From positions 31,186,001 through 31,250,000 of the forward strand of contig NC_043010.1 of assembly GCF_006345805.1 (NCBI RefSeq): a stretch of 64,000 nt of DNA, in the 5' to 3' direction. Made by a program: the position numbers and the translations under genes. Shown one piece after another: positions 52,012 through 64,000 of this stretch (position 1 is its first letter; each line of letters starts with the position of its first letter). This stretch comes from Octopus sinensis (Eukaryota). The notes under the pieces are model-generated. The model was not told the DNA's origin. It was given only the letters and a program-made list of their open reading frames with translations, and did no database searches.

Positions 52012-52278
52012 ACCTTAAACAATGTCAGCAGCAGATAGCGAAAGCTGAGCTGAAAACAAAGAAAATAATTGTAAGATTAGCAAACAGAAAATCAAAAGAA
52101 TCTGATGAAGAAATTCAGACACTTAGCATGGATTTTTACATCAATGAATTATGGGTTTAAATTCACTTGGAATGTTCTGTGAGTACAACTAACTTAAAAT
52201 GTAAAATGTAAAAAAAAACAAAACAAAAACAAAAGTGTCAACTTCATGTTGCAGATCACAATAAACATGGATAAAACT

Positions 52279-52430
52279 TATAGTATTTTATGGCATAAAA
52301 GATGCATGGACATATCAAGATGCACCCAAATTTCAACAGTGCATATTCAACTTGCATATAGAACCCAGGGTGATTTTTGAGACATTTTTTCTTGGTAAAA
52401 ATTACATCTTAAATGCCATCAAATATAGTA
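52279..52430. mobile_element. small pogo-like MITE
   Basis: TA-bounded imperfect TIRs tatagtattttatggcat / atgccatcaaatatagta. Confidence 0.55.
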
Positions 52431-52542
52431 ATTTGAAATTGAGAAATTGTATTATCAGTTTTGTTCAGCATAAGTTTAAAACTACAACACACACATTAAT
52501 TTCCAACACTATATTTAATTAACTAGGTAATGGGAACAAAGT

Positions 52543-52735
52543 TACCATATTTGACAGCATGAAAGATACACATGCATATCAGATGCACCCCAATTTCAGC
52601 AGCATGCATTCAGGAAAAACAGTTTTTAGTGCATTAACTTTGAATACGGGACCTGGAGTGACTTTCTTTTAGAGATAATTAAAAACAAAAAACAAAAACA
52701 AAAAGAAAACCTGTTATATGCCATTAAATATGGTA
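52543..52735. mobile_element. small pogo-like MITE, related to 52279-52430
   Basis: TIRs taccatatttgacagcat / atgccattaaatatggta; shares gatgcaccc.aatttca.cag with the neighbouring copy. Confidence 0.6.
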
Positions 52736-54596
52736 AATAAAGGGAATGTTTCACATTATCAATTGTCTCTGGGTCTCTACAAATATTTCTAAAGAATCTA
52801 TTTGCAAAAGTTGCAGAAGCAAAGAAAGGCAAATATTCCATTAATGTAATTATGAAGATGGAACCAGCATAAAATTTTTAAAAGGACTACTTGGAAAGAG
52901 TAGAAATGCTTTGATCAAGTTTGTATGGGATTTGACCACATCAAAGTGATGTGGAACTATCCAAAGTATAAGTCCCATCATTGGATTCCCTTTGATGTTT
53001 TGATTTTTTAAAAAGTTATGGAAAACATGCACAAAACTGCATAAAAATAAACTTAAAGTATTGATATAGACAAATAATAATAATAATATAACAAAACATT
53101 TGAGCGAGGTTGTTGCCAGTGCCGCTGAACTGGACTGACTGAATAATAATCCTTTCTACTTTAGGCACAAGGCCTGAAATTTTGGGGGAAGGGACTAAGT
53201 CGATTACACTGACCTCACTGGTACTTAATTTATTGACCCCGAAAAGATGAAAGATAAAGTTGACCTTGGCAGAATTTGAACTCAGAATGTAAGGATAGAT
53301 GAAATGCAGCTAAGCACTGCATGCTAACAATTCCACCAGCTTGCTGTTTTTAAAAATGGTTTAAAATTTTGACAGAAGGCCAGTAATTCCAGAGTTCAAC
53401 TGGAACTTATTTTATTGACCATGAAAAGATGAAAGGCAAAGTAGACCTTAGAATACAAAGATGGATGAAATGCTGTTAAGCATTTTGCCAGGTGTGCCAC
53501 TTTCTTGCCACCTTTAATAATAATCATGTTTTGTGTTAGCAATTCAGCATATATAATACATCCACCTCCATTTTTTTTAAGTAGCATTCAGATTACTCAG
53601 TTAAATGCAATGCTTATTTATTTACATTGTTTTGAATTGACCACGTATTGTCATGTAGCTTCAAGATCTTGATGATGTGACAATTTCTTTTTAGAATGAC
53701 ATTGTAAGGTTAGTGTGAGAGGTTGATCAGACCAAGTTTAGTATAAAATAAGTAGAATATTTGGGCTGGATATAACCAGTTTAAATGCAAATGGGTTGAT
53801 TGCAGGTTTGTACTGGATGAGTAAATCTATTATCAAAATGTTTCAAATCAGAATTATGCCATCTTTGTTTCTAGACATACTGTAACTAAAATTATATTAT
53901 GCAATATGATGTTCACCTTTTTTTTTTCAAAACGATAAAGCAGTGATAGTGAATCTATGACATGTGTCAGCAGTGACATGCCAACCATGAGTTTTTATGT
54001 GACACACAATAGACTTTGAAAAGAAAAAAATCTCCCTTCACTATTACATTATAAAAATCTTATTTATAGGTTCTTCCAGAAAACATAAATGTATGTAGTA
54101 AATAAATGATACACCAATAACAAGATTGCTAAAGAAATAAAATTTTGACATGCTCGGTTGAAAATGTTTCCCCATTAGGCACAGGCATCTATGTGATTAA
54201 GAAGCTTGCTTTGAAAGCACATGGTTCTGAGTTCAGTTCCATTGCACAGCACCTTGAGCAGGTGTCTGCTATAGCCTCAGATCAACCAGTGTCTTGTGAG
54301 TGAATTTGGTAGACAGAAACCGTATGGAAGCCCATCACACACACACGTAAATATATTTCTTTACTGCCCACAAGGGGATAAACATAGAGGGAACAAACAA
54401 GGGCAGACAAACGGATTAAGTCGATTACATCGACTCCAGTGCGAAACTGGTACTTTATTTATCGACCCCGAAAGGATGAATGGCAAAGTCAACCTTGGCG
54501 GAATTTGAACTTAGAACATAACGGCAGACAAATTTGCCTGGCATGCTAACGTTTCTGCCAGCTCGCCGCCTTCACGCACACACATAAATAAATATA

Positions 54597-54627
<31 letters not shown>

Positions 54628-56392
54628 CCCCTATCACTGCTTGACGACTAATGTTAGCAGTTCAGTGATAGAGATCGACATAACTACAGGTCTCTTTAAA
54701 AAAAATAATAAAAAACATAAAAATAAATAAATAAATACAGGGACAGATTTGTTTGACTAAAACCCTTCAAAGCAATGTTCCAGCATGGCTGCAGTGCAAT
54801 GACTGAAACAGGTAAAAAAAATAAATAAATAAATAAAAAATAATAATAAAAAAAGATAAAAGATAACTATGATAATGAGTAACTGAAGTGGAGATTTACT
54901 TCCTTTTCTTTGTTTCTAGAGAGTTTTCTCTGAGTTTATTTTAATCAATTATCCTTGCAAATTCACACATTTAAATCAAATTCAGTGAGAATAAAAGCTT
55001 AAAAACAAGTTTGCCACTTTTTATAAACTTTAACTACCATTCGAGCATGAAGTAGGAACAAGGTAGAAGTTAAGCCCCCAGCCCACCTGCCAACCATGTA
55101 TTGATTGAGGTAAACAATGCAAATGTGTCAAGCCCAATGGGACAAAGGCTTGAACTCATACAAGTTGTGGTTGAATAAGTTAAGCAGCAGTTTAACCACA
55201 CAGTAATGAAAAGATTAATGAATAGATAGATAAATTCAACTAAATCAAATGGATTTGCCAACTATTAATACTGTATTACACAACCAGGTTAAAGCTAATT
55301 ACCATAAATGAGACAGAATGGTCACAAACAATCAACACACCAACTATTAGTATTATCATTGTGATCTATAGAGTAAGGTTTTCTTGTTTTTTCTTTCATG
55401 TAAGTCTTTGTTTAGAAGTGGGAAACTTGGTTGTGAGAGAAAGTGTTTCAACAAGGAAGTTTGTAAATATTTTATCTAAAGAGAGAGAGGCTGAGGGAAG
55501 GTGGGTAGAGTAAGAATAGATGGGGGTGGAATGAGAGAAGCAAATTTGTAAGAGAGAGTAGCTTTCAAGTGGTTTTTTTGGGTTTTTTTTTTAAGGAAAG
55601 GGTGAGAGACAAAGGTTAGCTTTCAATATTTTGTAAAGAGTGGGTGGTAGAGTGAAGGACTTTTTAGCATATGGCTGAGGGAGGCAAGGTGTAATTTAGA
55701 TATTTTGTGAACACATGTAACACAGACACACATATGTATGAGTAAATGAGTAAGACAAGCAAGAGAAAGGGAAGAAACATAGGAAAGAAAGAGAGGAGAA
55801 AGTGATAGGAGAAAAGAGGAGTGATACACAAATAAAGAGAGAGAGAGAAAGAGGGGAGAGAGAGAGAGAGAGAGAGAGAGATACATACCATAGTCCTTAT
55901 AGGTTTGCTTGAAGAAACCTACAAACTGGATTGTCAGGACTAGCTACGACAGAGAAGTGAAGAGCAAAAATGAGAAAACACACATAGACACATACACACA
56001 TGCATTAAATAAAGAAAATACAGACTAAAATAAATCCTTCAAATATTAGCTACACAATGCAAATAGCAGATGCACTTTACATGCATATAGTCTAACTACT
56101 TCTGTAGACAAGCTTACAAACAGAACATTTTATGAATATCAATTAAGTTTCATGTTTCCTCTTTATGCATGTATTATCATCACAGGGCAGAGATATTTGC
56201 TCAGGTGGTTTTGTCTCCTCTCCAAATTCATATAAAGTAAAGATTAGCACCTACTACCTATCATTTAAGTTTTTAAAATGTGATTTCTAAAAGTAAGACA
56301 AATCCACGAAGGAACTGAACTCTGAGCTATATAAAACCAAATGGCTGTCACAGTGAATGTTTCAAAAAACAAAAAAAAAGTTTAGTCTAGAC

Positions 56393-56699
56393 CAGGGCTG
56401 GCCAACCTGAGGCTTGCAGGCCACATGCAGCCTGCTTCACACTTTCTTGAAATATTGTGTTTAATTGCAAAATAAAATTGTTTGTGTAAAACATTTGTTT
56501 CAAAATAAATTTAAAATTTGTAAGTGGCAATAAAGCATTAGCCAACAATTTCATAATTCTAAACAAACGAAAAATATGAAAAATTCTTGATTCTGTAATT
56601 TGATTATTTGACTATTAGTGCATAAAGTATGCAAGCAGCCCTCAAAAAACTTTCTGTGATTAAAGTGGCCCACAATGTAATTTGAGTTGGCCAGGCCTG
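56393..56699. mobile_element. hAT-Charlie-type MITE
   Basis: TIR cagggctggccaac / gttggccaggcctg. Perfect 8-bp TSD GTCTAGAC at 56385-56392 and 56700-56707, the Charlie-type NTCTAGAN target. Confidence 0.92.
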
Positions 56700-58433
56700 G
56701 TCTAGACAATTGACATCCTTTACTGTAAAAGGGAAAGGAAAAGTGCGTATGTTACCCATTGATATACTTTAATGAGACTTAATTAATTGACCCCTATAAG
56801 ACTTTAACACTAGTAGGTTTTAAACTCAGAAAAATAAGGCCTTGCACTTGACAGTGTAAAGTAATTAGGCTAAGTAGTTGTTGCTAAAGCAAAATACTCA
56901 ATTAAACCAGACAAAATAAGAATGATTTCACTCTTTTGTCAAATATCTGAATTTTAAAATATAGGTGTGGTTGTGTGGTAAGAAGCTTCCTTCCCAATCA
57001 CATAGTTCCAGGTTCAGTTCCATTGCATGGTACCCTAGGCAAGTGTCTTCCACTATAGTCTTTGGCCAACCAAAGCCTTGTGAATGGATTTGGTAGACAG
57101 AAAGAAGCATGTCACATAATGTGTGTGTGTGTATGTCTTTTTGTCTGTGTTTGTCCCCCCACCACTGCTTGACAGCTGGTGTTGGTGAGTTTATGTCACT
57201 GTAACTTAGCAGTATGGCAAATGGGACTGATAGAATAAGTACCAAGCTTTAATAAAAAAAAACCCCAAAAAACTGGGCCAATTTGCTCAACTAAAATGCT
57301 TTGAGGCAGTGCTCCAGCATGGCTGCAGTCTAATGTCTGAAACAAGTAAAGAAATAAATAAATACACAGCTACAAATGTGGTTAAAAAGTTCAATTTACA
57401 ACCACATGGTTTTGTTTTGTTCCATTGTGCAACACATTAGAGAAGTGTCTTCTACTATAGCCCCAGGCTAACCAATGCCTTTTGGGTGAATTATAGGAGA
57501 CTGAAACTGTACCGAAGCCTATCATATATGTATTCGGTTCAGTCCTCCTGTAAGGCATCTTGTCCAAGAGTCTTGGTGCAGGGTTATAGTAGATGGCACT
57601 CACCCAAGGTGCTGTGCAGTGGAACTGAACCCCAAATCATAAGATTGTGAATTCCACTTCTTAACCACATAGCTATGCCTGTGCTTAAGTATTTCCACAA
57701 CCAGAATTCTCTCTCATTTGTGTGTTCCCACATCATGTTTGTCATTTCTCAAGTTCTAGAGCCAGATATAATTAGACAGTTTATAATTATATCTATAGCT
57801 ACAAATAATTAGACAGTTTCCCAGTGGTTAGCCCAGCATCATTGAGACGAAAGCACTTGCTCCCAACTCTACCTGCTTGTCCCATGAAAACTTTATGCAG
57901 GAGTAATACTAACACCACAACAGCTCACAATTATGCCCAGTGACTCTACACTGACTCAGAAATAGTGCAGCATTGCTGTCACTGTCTCAAGTTCCACATT
58001 GTATCAAAATGCCAATAGAAATGCCTCTCTCCAAAGAGAATAATACAGTTCTACAACTGCTCCAGTTTGCAAATGTTTAGGTGCCTCCCAGAATATACAA
58101 AAAGATATTCACTAACTGTATATAGCAGAGACACAGAAACAGACATTTGAATAATGACATTAAAAGAATCATGTATGGGAGAAGGGATAAAGAGATTAGT
58201 CAAAACAAAGTATATACATATAAATATACGTAATGTATAATATATATATATAAACAAATACACAAACACATACATTGTGTATGTACCATATTGAACACAC
58301 ATATGTGTAAGGTACAAGTACATGTGTTAGTGTGTATATAAATATATATATATATATACACATACACACACAGACATATATATATATATACACACACACA
58401 GACATATATATATATATATATATACACAGACAT

Positions 58434-58484
<51 letters not shown>

Positions 58485-60534
58485 CAAAATAAGCAACAAG
58501 GATATCCAAGGTAGAGTAGTACAATTGTTCATGCTACTTCATTTTATTAAACATGAAACAATTGTACTTCTCTACCTTGGATATGCTTGTTGCTTTTTTT
58601 TATTATAATCACCCCATTTGATTTATATGGATAATACCATACAAAATTCTGGTGCCTTTAACTTAAGTACCATATTCATCTGAATCTAAATTTTGCTGAA
58701 TATATATATATAGTTAATCCCCAGTATATATAGCTAATAAAAAAAAAAAACAACAAACAACACGAGGATGTGGTACATGCAAAGTATTAACAGATGCTCA
58801 GGGAAGGCAAGAGAGGTAGTTTTGCGTTTCAAGCAAGGTTCTTCTTACATACACACACACACTCATGTATATATTACATTTATATATAATATATATGGAT
58901 ATTATATATATATATATATTTCATATATATAATATACATGTATATTTAATATGTGTGTGTAAATATTACATACACACACATGTGAGTGTATGTGTGTACA
59001 CAGACATATTTAAGTTTAAAAAGAAAGAGAAATGAGAGCCAATGAGTGCATATTAATAACTACACTCATTTGACAGTACTAACCTGATTGCTCAAAAGAA
59101 CAATAGCAGGCAATGACACCAATGAGTAAAAGACACAGTATGTAGCCTTTACAGTAGAAGGTGAGAGTTATTTTGTATAATAAAACTGGTTAACATTATT
59201 TCACAATGGAGAGACCAATACAATATGCACTGAATGTATGATCAGCACCAACACACCTCACTGAAGCGCTCAGCACAATATAAGTCTCATTGATCAGACA
59301 AGCCCAAACATGAAACACCACAATGCTGATGATGATGAATACATATTTTAACAAAATAACTATAATCTGTAGTATATTCTTTTATTGGTTTCAGTCACTA
59401 AGGTGAGACCATGTGGAAGCAGTGTCTTGAAAGGTTTTAGTCTGTTGTATTGACCCCATGGTGTGTCAAGTTTAGTATTTTACTTCAACAATCTCTGTTT
59501 GTCAAATGGCTAAGTCACCTGGGTATGAAATGTGTTGGCAGTTGTTTTGGTGCTGCTTATTTGGCATTGGTGATTTGATGCTGACTTATTTGACATCAGA
59601 CATTTTAATATTTCTGTTCTTATCTCCTCGCCTCTCTCTTTATGTGTGTGTATATTTCACTTTATGTGTATGAGGAGGAGGAAGGCGTTTATACCAATTG
59701 CATTTAATAAATTGTAATCTCTCTCTTTCTCTCTAAATAACAAATATGAAGTAAAAAGCAATAGAAAATAAAAATAAAAATGAAGGTAAAAGGATTTTTA
59801 AAGCGTATTTGTATAAGGCACATATATAAAAACAAGAAGGATGGAGTATAGTTAAGAAGGAGAAACAGTTAGTCAGACCAAGGAAAGATTATGTTCTGAG
59901 AATGAATATATGTTGTTCTTTGTTTCTTAAAAAGTGATGATGTACAACAGACACTGAAAACAACCAAAACCAGTAAATAAATAAATAAATAAGAAAAAAA
60001 TTCCTGTGTGAAGCTATGATTTAATTATGTACGGATGTATCTCTTTGCAGCTCCTACTGGTCAATCTCACCTTCTCTTCTAAATATTAGTAGCCATGTAG
60101 CTCATCTATGAGAACCTGTTCTGTACCCCTCATATACTTTAACACTTCATATCCTAGCATAAAGCTCCTGCCCACCAACCACCATCCTCAGGGTTGTGGT
60201 CTTGTGAGCTTCATGGTGACCACAGTAGTACTGGTGGCATGAAAAAATAAACCCAGTACACACTGTAAAGTGGTTAATGTTAGGAAGGATATCCTACCAA
60301 AGATCATGTCAAAGCAGACACTGGAGCACAATGTCATCCTTGGGCACATTGGATCCTGTCAAACTGTCCAACCCATGACAGCATGGAACATGAGCATTGA
60401 TGATGATGATGATGTAGAAGTTCTGAATGACAAACAGTGGGTGTCTACCCAGCCTAATCTTATTCTCACAGCTACGCTCTTGGAGCATCCACCTCTACTA
60501 TTAACTTTGTCACCTAGATAACGGAAGCTATCTA

Positions 60535-60725
60535 CTACCTCCAGAGCTTACGCTGCTGGCAGTTGATGAAGTCTAGTTTCTGTACATTTTTTTTATAGTC
60601 CCTGTGCATCTTCCACACACAAAAACTATTTTCTCTGTTAACTTCCTCTGATATTGCTATACCTTTTATGTTTCCAAAGCTTACACTAGGTACATCTTAT
60701 GGAGTCTCTACCTACACCTTTTCTA
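60535..60725 (-). mobile_element. RTE LINE fragment
   Basis: Matches 14280-14475 (ggtacatcttatggagtctctacctacacc). Confidence 0.65.
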
Positions 60726-61090
60726 CAAATTGACCAATTGACCAGCTAATCATTTTGCTTGCTAGATTTGGAATCCCCTCAATTAGGGCTGTCCAGAGCG
60801 GATGCCAGGCCCATTTGGAATGATGATGTGTGCTGGTCTGTTTTACATTCCCACAACATAGTGATTCAGCAAAAAAGTCTGATAGAATAAGTACCAGCCT
60901 AAAGAAATAAGTACTGGAGTCAATTTGTTCAACTAAACCCTTTAAAGCAATGCCCCAGCATGACCACAGTCCAATGACTGAAACAAGTAAAAAATGTATT
61001 ACAAGATTATAAGACTAATGTGTGTGTGTGTATGTGTGTGTATCTATATCGATATCTATGTATGTATGTATGTATGTATGTATCTATCTA

Positions 61091-61137
<47 letters not shown>

Positions 61138-61272
61138 TTTAACTTTAAATTTAAATTTTGAATTTTATATTTTATATACTTAGTATATTATATTAATTAA
61201 TTTTATTTCTATGTTTTGGTTTATGTTTTTCAGTTTGATTTGCTTAATAGTGGTTTTATCTCTAATTAATAT

Positions 61273-61319
<47 letters not shown>

Positions 61320-62998
61320 TATATATAAAACTAGAATTGGATAAATTATAAAAAAAAGACAAAACATGACAATAATGCACATTAGATTAAGCCAACAAGA
61401 GAAGATTATATGCCACAACTTTTTTAAAATGTAATATAAGCCTTAAGAAAATCCACACTAAAAATTGAGTGTCTTGTAAAACAGGTTATTCATAATTTTG
61501 CTAGACACAGCTATGATTAATGTATCAAGGTATGCAATAGTTGTATACATTTTGTTTTCCAAATTTAAGCAGTTTTTTTCTTTCTCTTTTTTATTTTCCA
61601 AGTAAAGCTGTACTGGTAATTTTTAAACTTTCCATACAAAATGTACCAGCTATTAATTTACTTGAACTCCAGTGTGCCACAATGTCAAGACTGAGCTCCA
61701 CTGTTCAACCTGCCAGACATAGCAGCTAAATCTCTCTCAATTCATATCAGTAGGACTTAAACCTAGAACATTACAAATCACAACTAAATATTGCTAGTCA
61801 TTGACTACAATAATGACTTCAGAGAAACAATGATTCTAATTAGTAGAAGCAGTCCACTGACAGATTAAGTGGGGTGCAGTATTTAATTAAAATTTTTCAC
61901 ATTCTCAGTTCACACTGAGCCAAGGGTGACTGAGACTTTCATCCATCTGAGATGGATAAAAATTAAGGGCAAACCAAGTAGTGGCATGAAGTTCTGAGTT
62001 CACACCAAGCCAAGACTGGCTGAACCTTTCATCCACCTGAGATGGATAAAACTAAGCACTCAGTACAATCTGTAAAGTGGTTAGCATTAGGAAGAGTAGC
62101 TGTAGAAATGATGTCAAAACAGATACATGAGCTTGGCTTACCCCTCTGACTTGCCAACTGGCACTTGTGCCCTGTGCTAGTAGAGTGCTAAGAGCACCAT
62201 CTGAGCGTGATCATTGCCAGAGCAGCTAACTGGCTTCCAGTGGCATCTAGGAGGCACCATTTGAGCGGGATCATTACCAGCATTGCCGTTGGCATGTGTA
62301 AAAAATTAAAGCGAGGTCGTTGCCAGTACTGCCTGACTGGCTCATGTGTACAAATTCGAGCGAGGTTGTTGCCAGTACTGCCTGACTGGCCCCCGTGCTG
62401 GTGGCACATAAAAGCACTCATTACACTCTGGGAGTGGTTGGCGTTGGGAAGGGCATCCAGCTGTAGAAACTCTGCCAGATCAAGACTGGAGCTTGGTGCA
62501 GCCATCTGGTTCGCCAGCCCACAGTCCAGCATGGAAAGCGGATGTTAAACGATGATGATGATGATGATGATGATATACCATCATGGAAAATGGACATTAA
62601 ATGGTGATGATGATGAATGCTCTTAACTTTTCTTTCTGTCTGGATGCCTTTCCTGTTGCTAATACTTATTTGTTTGCAAGTAAGGTACTCATTTCATTGG
62701 TCTATCAAATGACAAACCACTCAAATGTTTTAGTGGCAGATATAAACAATCACATAGCCCAATATGGGGTCATTGCTTTTATGCAACAGAGAAACAGCAT
62801 CAACACACACACAGTACACTCAGCAATGTGATTGGTTTTAGGAAGGGCATCAAGCCTAAAGTGAAACTCATGGGTGAGATGTGGGTCCCCAACTTATCTA
62901 AGTGAGCAACCCCATGGAATATACACACATTATGAATGCAGTGAGATGTCCCATCATGCCAACCTGGAACGCAAATCAGTGTCACATTAATAGCTTAA

Positions 62999-63217
62999 CC
63001 CTTTCGTTACCAACCTGCCTGAAACCGGCACTGGCTTTGAATACAAATGTCTTGTTTCCATAAGCTTTGAATTAAAATCTTCTACCAATCTTAGTCACAA
63101 TTTATATTCCTAACACTAGCTGAATGATAACAAAGTTATTTTACTAAATTCTTTGTTATATTTAAAGTAACTGGAAGAAACACAGATCATCTCAACAGAA
63201 ATATGGTAACGAAAGGT
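62999..63217. mobile_element. piggyBac-type MITE
   Basis: TTAA at 62995-62998 and 63218-63221. TIR ccctttcgttacca / tggtaacgaaaggt. Confidence 0.85.
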
Positions 63218-63645
63218 TTAAACCCTCCTTACCCCCAAATATGTAATATTGTGTCAATGCTATATCATAATAATGATTAATGTTGTACAATGTTGGATAT
63301 AGACCTTCTGATTGGTCAGTAGTAGCTTGCTAATATTTATCTCACAAACCTCCAGTTGGACGACAAATAATAGGATTTTAATGGAGATATGGGAGACATC
63401 AAACTAAATCATGCGAAGCAGCTAACGTTAAGATGTCCTCTGTCTGTATATGACTTTGTTCAATGAATTAAAAGTAATAAATCATAATGACCCAATCAAA
63501 GAAATCAATAATACTGAGGTCATGCTGAACTAAGCCATATTTATTGCTAAATTATTTTTGTCTCTATTTTTTATTATCATTACTGAATATTTCAAAAGCT
63601 GTATTCATCATTGAATATTGAATAAACTGTTAAAAATGGCCATGT

Positions 63646-63745
63646 NNNNNNNNNNNNNNNNNNNNNNNNNNNNNNNNNNNNNNNNNNNNNNNNNNNNNNN
63701 NNNNNNNNNNNNNNNNNNNNNNNNNNNNNNNNNNNNNNNNNNNNN
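63646..63745. other. assembly gap (100 N)
   Basis: Run of n characters. Confidence 1.
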
Positions 63746-64000
63746 GTGTCATTTCTTTTTTGTCAAATAATTATTTCATTGCATTGTTGCAATCTCTTCA
63801 ATGATACGTCTCTCTACTTCCATTTCTTTTGAACTTATTTTCAAGCATTGGGATTCGTCCAAGTTCTGTCTGAGATGAGCATGTGTGTGTGTGTGTATGT
63901 ATGCATGTATGTGTGTTTATACATAAGTGTGTGCATTCGTATGTGTGTGTGTATGTTTTTTTTAAAATACTGACTATGTCCTTTTTGATATACATAAGTT

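Noticed and set aside
52050-63645. FAM53 upstream exon(s) or promoter
   Set aside because: Only isolated donor-like or CCAAT words (about 60075 and 63310) with no consistent exon structure; the site may lie beyond the gap.

Overview
AT-rich, repeat-dense eukaryotic genomic DNA. The SINE, LINE and microsatellite content looks like an octopod (coleoid cephalopod) genome; this is inferred from repeat style, not from a database search. One protein-coding gene is supported: a FAM53-family gene (closest in motifs to FAM53A) on the minus strand. It has 5 phase-consistent coding exons (51846-50797, 49417-49339, 47871-46265, 40449-40384, 37030-36494), giving 3339 nt and about 1112 aa, and its 5' non-coding exon(s) and promoter could not be located. 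The rest is a nested patchwork of tRNA-derived SINEs, RTE, CR1/L2 and Dong/R4 LINE fragments, decayed DNA transposons (mariner, maT DD37D, FLYWCH-MULE), MITEs (Merlin-like, hAT-Charlie, piggyBac, pogo-like, a foldback element), microsatellites, a 549-bp tandem duplication and a 100-N gap. The least obvious signals are three or four hammerhead-ribozyme-like cores of the type carried by Penelope-like element termini, one of them sense-oriented inside a FAM53 intron, and a large low-complexity N-terminal extension of FAM53 upstream of the position where vertebrate FAM53A starts. I found no evidence for a wholly new multi-gene system.
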